Source of the DNA: Candidatus Eiseniibacteriota bacterium
Lineage (GTDB): Bacteria; Eisenbacteria; RBG-16-71-46; DASYSL01
NCBI GenBank assembly: GCA_031413115.1
Contig: JANOEH010000179.1
Coordinates: 1,163-65,162 of the forward strand
Length of the DNA: 64,000 nucleotides
Reading direction: 5' to 3'
Both the position numbers and the translations under genes were made by a program. Under the pieces are notes generated by a model. It worked only from the letters and a program-made list of their open reading frames with translations, was not told the origin of the DNA and searched no databases. Shown here piece after piece: positions 1-8,953 of this stretch. The first letter of the stretch is position 1, and each line of letters begins with the position of its first letter.

Positions 1-1831
1 GAGCCTCGACACGCTCGACGAGCGCTGGAAAGCCGGGTCGTTCCGCCACCTCATGCCCGACTTCCGCGCGCGCGTGCACGCCGGCGAGACGTTCGTCATT
101 GCGGGAGATCGTTTCGCCATCGGCAGCTCGCGCGAGATGAGCCCGGCCGGTCTCAAGGGCGTGGGCGAGGAGCAGGGCCTCGAGCTCGTCATCGTCTGCG
201 GCAACAACATGGGCGACATCTTCCGCCGCAACGCGTTCAACCTGGGACTGCACGTCGTGCAGAGCCCTGACGCGGTGGCCGATGCGAGGGACGGCGATGC
301 GCTCAGCTTCGACCCCGACTCGCGCCGGCTGGCGAACGTCACGCAGGGGAAGGCCTACGATCCCGTGCCGCTCACTCCGAAGGAGGACGAGATCCGCCGC
401 AGCGGTGGCATCATCGCCCTCGGTCGCCGCGAGTTCCGCGAGTCACTGCGGGGCGCCCCTCGTATCGAATGGGCCGACGCGGCGACGGCGCGGACGATGA
501 CCACGACCGAGCAGATCCTGTGGGCGCATCGCGTCGACAAGGACGCCGTGATCCGGCCCGGTGCGACCGTGCGCGTGTACGCCGACCTGCTGCCCGCCAG
601 CGACGGCACCGCACCATTCTCCATCCACACGTTCAACCAGATCACCGGTGGCAACACGATCTGGCCGCGCCGCGCGGCGATCGCCAACGATCACTTCGTG
701 TTCACCGGCGTCGCGGCCGACGACCGGCAGACCGGCATCGGGCGCGCCTTCGCCAGGCTGCACGGCATCGAGAAGCCGTGGTATGCAACGCCGGGCGACG
801 GCATCTTCCACTTCTACTTCCCCGAGCAGGGGCTGGTGCAGCCGGGCATGATGATCCCCGGCGCCGACTCGCACTCGCGCGCCTACGGCGCGTACGGCGC
901 GATCGGCATCGGCGTGGGTTCGACGACGCTCGGCTTCGGCTGGAGCACCGGGCACATCTACACGACGCTGGCAAAGCCGCGCCGCGTCACGTTCAGGGGC
1001 GCACTGCAGCCCTGGGTGACGGGGAAGGACCTGGTGCTCGAGCTGCTGCGCCGTTGGGGTGCTGCGCAGTCGCAGGGCATGAGCGTCGAGTTCGTCGATG
1101 CCGACCGCCAGCTCCCGATCGCGTTCCGCAACACCATCTGCAACATGATGGCCGAGGCTGAGAGCTACAACGGCATCTTCGCCCCGGACGAGATCACGTA
1201 CGCGTGGTTCGCCGCCAAGGGCATGGCCGACCTGCCGTACCCGCGCATCGCACCGGGCGCCGACGTCACGTGGGAAATCGACGACGTGCTCGACCTCGCC
1301 GACGTGCGGCCGATGATCGCCAAGCCCTTCTCGCCGGGCAATGCCTTCCCGGCGACCGACGTGGCGAAGGAGAAGATCCCGTTCGACAAGGCGATGATCG
1401 GCTCGTGCACGAACGGCGGCTACGACGACCTGCTCAGCGCCGCGCTCGTTCTCAGGGCCGCCCATGCCAACGGCCGGACGAAGGCGGTGAAGGAGTTCGT
1501 GATCTTCCCGGGATCCGGCGGCGTCAAGGCCGAGATCGAGCGCCCGGATCCGCGCCTCGACGGCCGGAGCATCGCCGACGTGTTTCGGAGAGCGGGGGGG
1601 CAGATTCGCGAAAGCTGGTGCGGGCCGTGCTTCGGGCAGGGGCCTGACGCGCTGCTTCCCGGGCAACGCGCGATCACCAGCTTCAATCGCAACTGGCAGA
1701 ACCGCATGGGCCTGGGCGGCGAGGGCTTTCTCGCCTCGCCGAGCGTGGTCGCCGCGTCGGCCCTGCTGGGCTACATGGCCCCGCCGAGCGAGCTGGGCCT
1801 CGCCTGGGAAGCGGCGGAATTCGCGGTCTAG
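1..1831 (+). CDS. Aconitase-family hydratase, 5' partial. An N-terminal swivel/LeuD-like domain is followed by the catalytic core, an AcnB-like domain order.
   Basis: ORF is open to the window start. Catalytic motifs present: ADSHS, GSCTNGG, CGPCFG and SFNRNWQNRMG. The swivel-domain motif VIVCGNNMGDIFRRNAFNLGL lies N-terminal to them. Confidence 0.8.
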   Translation, partial: SLDTLDERWKAGSFRHLMPDFRARVHAGETFVIAGDRFAIGSSREMSPAGLKGVGEEQGLELVIVCGNNMGDIFRRNAFNLGLHVVQSPDAVADARDGDALSFDPDSRRLANVTQGKAYDPVPLTPKEDEIRRSGGIIALGRREFRESLRGAPRIEWADAATARTMTTTEQILWAHRVDKDAVIRPGATVRVYADLLPASDGTAPFSIHTFNQITGGNTIWPRRAAIANDHFVFTGVAADDRQTGIGRAFARLHGIEKPWYATPGDGIFHFYFPEQGLVQPGMMIPGADSHSRAYGAYGAIGIGVGSTTLGFGWSTGHIYTTLAKPRRVTFRGALQPWVTGKDLVLELLRRWGAAQSQGMSVEFVDADRQLPIAFRNTICNMMAEAESYNGIFAPDEITYAWFAAKGMADLPYPRIAPGADVTWEIDDVLDLADVRPMIAKPFSPGNAFPATDVAKEKIPFDKAMIGSCTNGGYDDLLSAALVLRAAHANGRTKAVKEFVIFPGSGGVKAEIERPDPRLDGRSIADVFRRAGGQIRESWCGPCFGQGPDALLPGQRAITSFNRNWQNRMGLGGEGFLASPSVVAASALLGYMAPPSELGLAWEAAEFAV

Positions 1832-1918
1832 GGCTGCGATCGGCAGCGCAGGGCGCCCCTCGATGTGCCATAGTCTTCATCCGCTTCTCATTTGACGCAC
1901 CCGTGCCGGGAGGACGCC

Positions 1919-4900
1919 ATGCGTCGCCGTTTTCTGACCCTGCTCGTCATCCTCGGCCTGGGACTTCCGGCCGCTGCCCACGCCTACGATCTGGCCACCA
2001 ATGGCGACTTCGAATCCGGAAACCTCGCGGGGTGGCAGGTCTACACCGATCAGTCGTTCGGTGGGATCGCGGACTGGTTCGTCACCGATCAGCCCGAATC
2101 CCCGATCTCGGGAAACGGTCTCGATCCGGCCCCGGGCGGAGCCTTCCAGGCGGTGGCCGACGAGGAGGCCGTCGGCACGATGATCCTGTACCGCGACTTC
2201 GCGATTCCAGCCACGCTCAAAGCGACGCTCAAGCTCACCTACTGGATCAACAACACGGGTGCCGATTACTCGGACGCCGGGGATTTCTACGCCGGCGGGG
2301 GGCCGAACCAGAAGGTCCGGATCGATCTGCAGGATCCCGCTTCCTCCGGGCTCCTCGATCAAGAGGGCATCCTCGCGAACTATCTCAAGACCAACGGCTC
2401 GACACCCCTGCACAGGACGGCCACGACGATCACCCGGGACCTCACCCCCTTCGCGGGTTCCACCGTGCGCTTGCGCATCGCGGTCGTGGTGACCGACCGG
2501 TTCATGAACGTCGGCATCGATGACGTGAGCCTCGAGGTGTCGCCGTTCGAACCGCTGATCACGAACCTCGAGGGCGCGCACCACGGGGATGCCGCGTGGG
2601 GCGACTTCGATAACGACGACGACCTCGACCTGGCGATCGGCGGCGCGACCAACGATGCCAACCTGAACGTGGTCTATCGTCACAATGGCGACGGCACCAT
2701 GTCCATTGCACCGCTGGGGCTTCCGCTGCAGCAGAAGAATGCCTACGCCTGGGGCGATTACGATAACGACGGCGACGTCGATCTCGCGATGATGGGGTAC
2801 GGACTCGTCTCCGAGACCGAGATCTATCGCAACGACGCCGGCGTGCTCACGCCGATCGGCGCCGGCCTGTGGAGCCTGACCGATGGAGCGATGGCCTGGG
2901 GTGACTACGACAGCGACGGTGATCTCGACCTGGTCACGACCGGGTGGGACGGTTTCTTCACGGGCTATTGCATCCTGTATCGCAACGACGGCGAGGGGTC
3001 GTTCGTGTACGTCGCGAACCCCACGCCGGGGATCCGCAATGGGTCGATCGAGTGGGGCGACTTCGACGCCGATGGCAACCTCGACCTGCTGACCTGTGGG
3101 CTCCATCCCGACATCTTCTCGCCGTCCCGCGCCACCCAGCTGGCGCGCGGCGACGGTGCCGGAAATTTCACCCTTGTTGATTCCGGACTCCCCGGCGTCG
3201 ATGACGGGATGGCCCGCTGGGCCGACTTCGATGGAGACGGATTTCTCGACGTGGCGATCGCGGGCGAAACCGGCAGCGGCCCGCTCGCGCGTGTGTACAC
3301 GTATGCCCCTGGCCTCGGCACCTACTCCGCCTTCGTGGCCCTCACGGCGGTGCGGGGAGCCAGTCTCGGTTGGGGCGACTTCGACAACGACGGCGACCCC
3401 GACCTGGCGCTCGCGGGCACCACGGGCGCGGTGCGAAGCACGAGTGTCTACCGCAATGACGGCGGGGCTGCTCTTTTGGACATCGCCGCGGCGTTGCCCG
3501 GGGTGCAGGATGGCGTTGTCCTGTGGGCCGACTACGACGGGGATCGCGATCTCGATGTGCTGGTGTCGGGCGACACGGGCGCGGGCTTCATCTCGCATGT
3601 CTACCGGAACACGACCCCGGTGGCCAACGCCGCGCCCTCGCCCCCGATCGCCTTCGGGTCCTCCGTCCAGGAGACCGGTGTCCTCTTCGCGTCGTACTCC
3701 CCGGTCGACGATCACTCGCTGTCTTCCACCATGAACCTCAGGATCGGCAGCAGCGCGAACGGGGTCGACATCATCAGTCCGATGGCGAACGTGGGAACCG
3801 GCTATCGGCACGTCGTGCAGACCGGGAACAACTCTTCCGGTGCAAGCCGCTTCGTGAAGTTCTCGGGACTCGGCCACGGCACGATTCACTGGGCCTTCCA
3901 GGCGATCGATGGCAGCTTCATCGGCGGACCCTTCGCGGCCGAGCAGACGGTCGTCCTCGGGGCGGATCTCCTCTCGATCACCGATGTGCCGGGCGACCAG
4001 GGCGGCCGGGTTCGCCTGACCATCGGAAGATCCCCGCTGGATCACGCGTCCCGCACGCAGTTCGCCATCAGTGGCTACAACGTCTGGCGGCGCGTTGCGG
4101 CCGGTTCGCTCGCCGGCCTGATCGCGCAACAGGGCACGCCGGTGAAAATTGCTTCGGACGCCGTGGAATCGGCGGGCCGGTTCGACCTGCCGCTGGTCGA
4201 ATGGGGCGGCCGGCGCTTCGCGGACGGCGCGGTTCTGGCGATCGCCTCGGCGTTCCCGCCCGGAACCTGGGAGCTGGTGGGCAGCTTCTTCTCGCAGCAA
4301 CAGGCGCAGTACCTCTACAACTCGCCGACTGCCGCCGACTCGGGCGTCGGCGGCAGCAACCGGTCGGCGTTCGTCGTCACCGCGCACACGACGGTTCCAA
4401 GCGTGTGGTTCGCGAGCGAGCCCGATAGCGGTACGTCGGTGGACAACCTGTCGCCGGCCATGCCCGCACCTTTCACCGGCCAGTATGTCGGGGGGACAGC
4501 CCACCTGCATTGGAACCGCAATCTTGAGGCCGACCTCGCGGGCTACCGGCTCTACCGCGGGTCCTCCGCCGCTTTCGTGCCCGGGCCCGGCAACCTGGTG
4601 GCGGCGCTGCCCGACACCGGCTACGCCGATGTCGCGGGTGCACCGTACGCCTACAAGCTCACCGCCATCGACTCCCACGGCAACGAGTCGCTCGTCGCGA
4701 CGCTGGTCCTGGGCGGGGTCGTGGGCGTGGACGCCACGGCAGGGTCGATCCTGAGCTTCGCCACCCCGAGCCCGAATCCGGCGCGGAGCGGTACGACGCT
4801 CCACTACACGCTGTCGCGCGCGGGACACGTGCGGCTGTCCGTGTACGACGCGGCAGGCCGCCGTGTGGTGGTTCTGCGCGACGGGGAGCTGACGACCGGC

Positions 4901-5023
4901 GCGCACAGCGAGACCTTTGCGCTGCGCGATGGGGCGGGGCGCGACCTCCCGAGCGGGCTCTACCTCCTGCGGCTCGAGGCCGAGGGCCGCGTTCTCACGC
5001 GGAGAATCGCTGCCATCCGCTGA
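1919..5023 (+). CDS. Secreted FG-GAP/VCBS-repeat protein with a C-terminal T9SS-type (Por secretion tail) sorting domain.
   Basis: Signal peptide MRRRFLTLLVILGLGLPAAAHA preceded by a GGGAGGA RBS. At least seven WGD(F/Y)DxDGDxDL repeats. The C-terminal ~90 aa match the Por_Secre_tail pattern (LSFATPSPNPARSGTTLHYTL...VYDAAGRRVVVL...SGLYLLRLEA). Confidence 0.8.
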   Translation: MRRRFLTLLVILGLGLPAAAHAYDLATNGDFESGNLAGWQVYTDQSFGGIADWFVTDQPESPISGNGLDPAPGGAFQAVADEEAVGTMILYRDFAIPATLKATLKLTYWINNTGADYSDAGDFYAGGGPNQKVRIDLQDPASSGLLDQEGILANYLKTNGSTPLHRTATTITRDLTPFAGSTVRLRIAVVVTDRFMNVGIDDVSLEVSPFEPLITNLEGAHHGDAAWGDFDNDDDLDLAIGGATNDANLNVVYRHNGDGTMSIAPLGLPLQQKNAYAWGDYDNDGDVDLAMMGYGLVSETEIYRNDAGVLTPIGAGLWSLTDGAMAWGDYDSDGDLDLVTTGWDGFFTGYCILYRNDGEGSFVYVANPTPGIRNGSIEWGDFDADGNLDLLTCGLHPDIFSPSRATQLARGDGAGNFTLVDSGLPGVDDGMARWADFDGDGFLDVAIAGETGSGPLARVYTYAPGLGTYSAFVALTAVRGASLGWGDFDNDGDPDLALAGTTGAVRSTSVYRNDGGAALLDIAAALPGVQDGVVLWADYDGDRDLDVLVSGDTGAGFISHVYRNTTPVANAAPSPPIAFGSSVQETGVLFASYSPVDDHSLSSTMNLRIGSSANGVDIISPMANVGTGYRHVVQTGNNSSGASRFVKFSGLGHGTIHWAFQAIDGSFIGGPFAAEQTVVLGADLLSITDVPGDQGGRVRLTIGRSPLDHASRTQFAISGYNVWRRVAAGSLAGLIAQQGTPVKIASDAVESAGRFDLPLVEWGGRRFADGAVLAIASAFPPGTWELVGSFFSQQQAQYLYNSPTAADSGVGGSNRSAFVVTAHTTVPSVWFASEPDSGTSVDNLSPAMPAPFTGQYVGGTAHLHWNRNLEADLAGYRLYRGSSAAFVPGPGNLVAALPDTGYADVAGAPYAYKLTAIDSHGNESLVATLVLGGVVGVDATAGSILSFATPSPNPARSGTTLHYTLSRAGHVRLSVYDAAGRRVVVLRDGELTTGAHSETFALRDGAGRDLPSGLYLLRLEAEGRVLTRRIAAIR

Positions 5024-5214
5024 GCGGGCCGGCGACTCTCCGGATGGCCGGTTCCGTCGCGCCAAGGCTTCGGCTTGACACCGGCTCGCGCTGGGGCCTA
5101 GGTTCGCCGGTGCGGTCCGGCCTGCCCGACCGCCCCTCGCAATCGCGGTCCACGGGCCGGACGGGACTTCATCCCGGTCGCAGCTCTTCTCGCCACCGAA
5201 CCAAAGGAACCCTG

Positions 5215-5865
5215 ATGAATCACAAGACTTCGCTTCTCGCCTCCTGCGCGACGATCGGCATCCTCATCCTCGGTGGATGCGGCAGCTCGACCAAGCTCAC
5301 GAACGTGTGGACCGACCCGACGCTGCAGGCCAACTCGCTCAAGAAGCTCATGGTCATCGGAGTCTCGCAGAACCCCAGCGGGCGCCGCATGTTCGAGGAC
5401 ACGTTTGCCGCGGCCCTGCAGAAGCAGGGCGTGCAGGCGATGTCGAGCTACGTCGTGCTTCCGGGCGAGATCACCGACAGCGTCGCCGTGCGCGACGCGG
5501 TCATGAAGAGCGGGTGCGACGGCGTGTTCGTGTCGAGGATCATCGACCAGAAGACGGTCGACACGTACTATCCGCCGACGGCGACGTACGTGGGGACGCC
5601 GTACTACGGTGGATACTATGGCGGCTACTACGGCTACTACGCGTCGAGCTATTCGATGATGACCTCGCCGGGCTACACGGTCGAGAACCAGGTCATCCAC
5701 GTGGAGACGAACCTGTACCGGGCTTCGGATTCGAAGCTGGTGTGGGCGGCGCTATCGGAGAGCTGGCTCGAGCAGGCGGCGGACAAGTCGAGCGAGATCC
5801 AGCCCTATGTGCAGGTGCTGGTCGCCGGTCTCGCCGAGTCGAAGGTCGTCACCAGGTCCAAGTAG
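5215..5865 (+). CDS. Lipoprotein with a Tyr/Gly-rich segment; hypothetical.
   Basis: Internal ATG with RBS. Lipobox ILILGGC. Low-complexity YYGGYYGGYYGYY stretch. The ORF upstream of 5215 looks like noncoding leader. Confidence 0.6.
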   Translation: MNHKTSLLASCATIGILILGGCGSSTKLTNVWTDPTLQANSLKKLMVIGVSQNPSGRRMFEDTFAAALQKQGVQAMSSYVVLPGEITDSVAVRDAVMKSGCDGVFVSRIIDQKTVDTYYPPTATYVGTPYYGGYYGGYYGYYASSYSMMTSPGYTVENQVIHVETNLYRASDSKLVWAALSESWLEQAADKSSEIQPYVQVLVAGLAESKVVTRSK

Positions 5866-5953
5866 TCACCGGGCCCGAACGCAGGACCGCCGTGGCTCTC
5901 GACGTCGAGAACCACGGCGGTGTCGTGTTCGGGCGGGTTGCCGGTCTGGTGGA

Positions 5954-6430
5954 TCAGGGAGCGACCGGGACGTTGCCACGGATCTGGACGTCGATCAGCG
6001 ACTGCACGTACGACTCGACCTGGGTGAAGCGCGCCGCGGTCATCGGCGAAACTTCCTTCGACACCTTGCCCGTGGTCTTCTTGAGCAGCGAGGTGCGCTG
6101 CTCCTGCAGCTTGAACGCGCGGTCCGTGAGCGACTTCGCCACATCGTCGTTCATCATCGTGTAGTTCTTCGCGTAGTCCTTGATCATCGTCAGGCGCGCG
6201 TCCTGGATCGTCGCCAGTTCCGTCTCGTAGGCGCGCTGGATCGGCCAGAACTTCGCGGCCTGGGCGTCGGTCATCTTCAATTCTTCGGTCAGCAACTCGA
6301 CCTTGCCCGTGCGCAGGTCCGAGCGCAGCAGCTCGATGTACTTGTCCATTTCGTCCGCCTGCGCCACCGCGGGAGCGAGCGCAAGACACAGCACCAACAG
6401 GATTCTCTTCACGACAAACCTCCTCGACAT
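5954..6430 (-). CDS. Periplasmic helical protein with LTXXQ-like motifs (Spy/CpxP-like).
   Basis: Signal peptide MSRRFVVKRILLVLCLALAPAVAQA. K/E/Q-rich helical composition unlike the GC-shadow ORFs. KMTDAQAAKF and PMTAARF resemble LTXXQ motifs. Confidence 0.55.
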   Translation of the reverse strand: MSRRFVVKRILLVLCLALAPAVAQADEMDKYIELLRSDLRTGKVELLTEELKMTDAQAAKFWPIQRAYETELATIQDARLTMIKDYAKNYTMMNDDVAKSLTDRAFKLQEQRTSLLKKTTGKVSKEVSPMTAARFTQVESYVQSLIDVQIRGNVPVAP

Positions 6431-6646
6431 GGGTTCCTTCCCCGAAATTCGTGATGTCGACGCCTGAACGAGCGCGGGACCGCTGCCGACGCCGCATTAT
6501 AGGCATGGCGCGCCCGGGAACAAGGAACTTGCGAGCCGGCACCGGCGCGACTATCGTCCGCCCGGATCCGCGAGGCCATGACGGCGTGGAGGTCGCCTCG
6601 TATCGGACCTTTCGCAACGAGACCGGCTCGACTCAGGGGAGTGACC

Positions 6647-7372
6647 ATGACAAGGTTTCGCCGATTCCTGCTGCCGCTGCTTCTCTCGACCCTGGTGACC
6701 ACACCCGCGTCCGCAAGCGGGTGGGAGACGTACGTCGAGCCCTACATGCTGTTCCCGAACATGTCGGGCACGTCCGGCGTGGGCAACCTGACCGGGGATG
6801 TCGAGGTGAACACGGGCGACATCTTCGGCGCGCTCGACTTCGGCGCGATGCTCTACCTCGAACGTCACAGTCCCAATTGGTCGTACTCGCTCGACACGAT
6901 GTACATGAATCTGGGCGCCGAAACCACGACTCCCGTCGGCACGGTCGAGTTCGACTTGAAGCAGCTCGGCGTCATGGGCGCGGGCTACCGGCGCGTCGCA
7001 CCCTGGGGCGAGGCGATGGTCGGCCTGACCTACAACCAGCTCGAAATGGGCGTTGCCGGATCGGGTCCCCTGGCGGCGGACCGGGACGGGGACAAGTCGT
7101 GGGTCGATCCCTACGTGGGCGTCCGCCTCATGACGCCGGGCGAGCGCAGGTGGCGCTTTGGCTTCCTGGGCGCCGTCGGCGGTTTCGGCGTGGGCTCGCA
7201 ATTCGCCTGGCAGATCTATCCGCAGGCGGGCTATCGCGTCAGCGACTTGTTCGAGATCACCGGCGGATTCCGCGCGCTGGACATGGACTACGAAGCCGGA
7301 TCCGGAAGCGACGAGTTCACGTACGACATGACCACCTATGGCGGACAGATCGGCGGGCGCTTCCACTTCTGA
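6647..7372 (+). CDS. Outer-membrane beta-barrel protein; hypothetical.
   Basis: ATG with AGGGGAG RBS. Signal peptide ...LLLSTLVTTPASASG. Alternating beta-strand pattern and C-terminal aromatic residue (...GGRFHF). Confidence 0.6.
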   Translation: MTRFRRFLLPLLLSTLVTTPASASGWETYVEPYMLFPNMSGTSGVGNLTGDVEVNTGDIFGALDFGAMLYLERHSPNWSYSLDTMYMNLGAETTTPVGTVEFDLKQLGVMGAGYRRVAPWGEAMVGLTYNQLEMGVAGSGPLAADRDGDKSWVDPYVGVRLMTPGERRWRFGFLGAVGGFGVGSQFAWQIYPQAGYRVSDLFEITGGFRALDMDYEAGSGSDEFTYDMTTYGGQIGGRFHF

Positions 7373-7395
7373 GCCGACGCAGCACGGGCGTCCGT

Positions 7396-8736
7396 TCAGC
7401 GGTTGCGCGAGCGCTGCGCGGTCGGTTTCGAGCCCGAGGCGAAGTGGAACTGGATCGTGTTCTCGGAGTTCCAGCCCAGCTCGGCGCGCAGCATTTCCGA
7501 GCCCGGCACGAGCAGACGCAGTCCGGCGCCGAGGCCGCGCCGCGACCGGTTCAGCGCGAACTCGGCGTCCTCGTTCCACGCGAGCCCCGCGTCCATGAAG
7601 GCGACCGCGTCGAGCCCGACCGCGAACGACCATCCGAACACGTCGTAGCGATTGATCGGCTTGAGCGTATAGGAGTACTCGACGGTGCCGATAAGCTGAT
7701 TCTTTCCGGCGAGCGCCTCGCTCGGACCCTGGACCGGCCAGCCGCGCACGGAGTTCGCGCCGCCGATCTGGTAGCGGTAGTAGAGCGGAACGTCGACGCC
7801 GGTCGTTCCGGTCTGGGTCGACATCAGCCCGCTCAAGAGGAACTTGTTCCGTAGCCCGCTCGGGATCCACCGGCGAACGTCGAGCACCAGCGACGTGAAG
7901 TCGCCGTCGCCAGGCAGGAAGCCGCCGACCCTGCCGAACTCGATCTCGTTCCGCCAGCCGGTGCGGGGCACGCGGTAGGAGTCGCGCGTATCCCAGCCGG
8001 CCGTCGTGTACAGGCCGAAGAGCCGGTCGTCGTTGTCGGGGGACAGCGTGATGCCGTCCTCCTCGCTCTGGGTCCGCAGGTACGTCGCGCGGGCGGAGAG
8101 GCGCCCGTGGTCACCAACGTAGGTGCCGACACGCGCGTACATCTCGTCGCTCTTCTCGTGGAACGCGTTGCGCACGTCGAAGCGCGTCAGGCGTGCCGCG
8201 TACCCCTCGATCGAGAAGTGATTCCCGCTGATCCACGGCCAGGTCGCCCGCCCCCAGTACTGGTCGGCGGCGCCGAAGTAGGCGCGGCCCGAGACCGAGA
8301 CGCCGCGCCCGCCGAGATTCAGTGATGAAATTCCAGGCCCGACCGAGAAGCCGTCCTCCTCCGTATAGCGAAAGCCGATCATCGGCACGAGAACGGGCAT
8401 CTCGCGGAACGTGAACGCGATCGCGACTCCGTCGGCGCTGTCGTCCACGACGGCGACGGCGATCTCGGCGAAGATCGCCAGGTTCTCGAGGCGCTGCACG
8501 TCGTCACGCAACAGGTCGGGATCGAATGGGTCGTCCACCCGGGAGCGGATCTCGCGGCGGATGACGTACTCCTTGGTGACGAGTCCGGCGGGCAGGTCGA
8601 TGGCGCGCACGATGCGGCCCGTGTGGACCTCCAGCGTGTCGAGTCGGCCGGGGGCGGTGATCGGGATCGGGATGATGTCGACGGCGGCGGCCGGGGTCGG
8701 CAGGAGCACGAGCAGGAGCCACAGCAGTCTGCGCAT
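7396..8736 (-). CDS. Omp85-family outer-membrane protein (BamA/TamA-like), short form with a single POTRA-like region and a D15 surface-antigen barrel.
   Basis: Internal ATG at 8736 with signal peptide MRRLLWLLLVLLPTPAAA. Barrel signature ...GLRLLVPGSEMLRAELGWNSENTIQFHF. The upstream part of the 601-aa ORF is low-complexity shadow. Confidence 0.75.
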   Translation of the reverse strand: MRRLLWLLLVLLPTPAAAVDIIPIPITAPGRLDTLEVHTGRIVRAIDLPAGLVTKEYVIRREIRSRVDDPFDPDLLRDDVQRLENLAIFAEIAVAVVDDSADGVAIAFTFREMPVLVPMIGFRYTEEDGFSVGPGISSLNLGGRGVSVSGRAYFGAADQYWGRATWPWISGNHFSIEGYAARLTRFDVRNAFHEKSDEMYARVGTYVGDHGRLSARATYLRTQSEEDGITLSPDNDDRLFGLYTTAGWDTRDSYRVPRTGWRNEIEFGRVGGFLPGDGDFTSLVLDVRRWIPSGLRNKFLLSGLMSTQTGTTGVDVPLYYRYQIGGANSVRGWPVQGPSEALAGKNQLIGTVEYSYTLKPINRYDVFGWSFAVGLDAVAFMDAGLAWNEDAEFALNRSRRGLGAGLRLLVPGSEMLRAELGWNSENTIQFHFASGSKPTAQRSRNR

Positions 8737-8953
8737 CGTTGACTCCTCGGACGATCGGGGATCCCGCGCGGATCGATCGGAAGCGTGCCCGGTGCATCTT
8801 GGGGTCCAGCACGGCGCAACGTTGACGCCAATCCGGCGCGCGGAGTGCCGCCACCGACCCAGTTGACATGTCGCCGCCCCCGACCTAGCGTGGGCGCCGG
8901 ATGCGTCGTCCCGCAGGTGACGGCGCGCAAGGACACAGGGAGGGTCAGCCCGG

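Noticed and set aside
1877-5065. 1062-aa minus-strand ORF antisense to the FG-GAP gene
   Set aside because: The translation is Arg/Gly/Ala/Pro-rich low-complexity sequence with no motifs. It is a typical shadow ORF of a high-GC coding region; the plus-strand product has clear repeats and a sorting domain.
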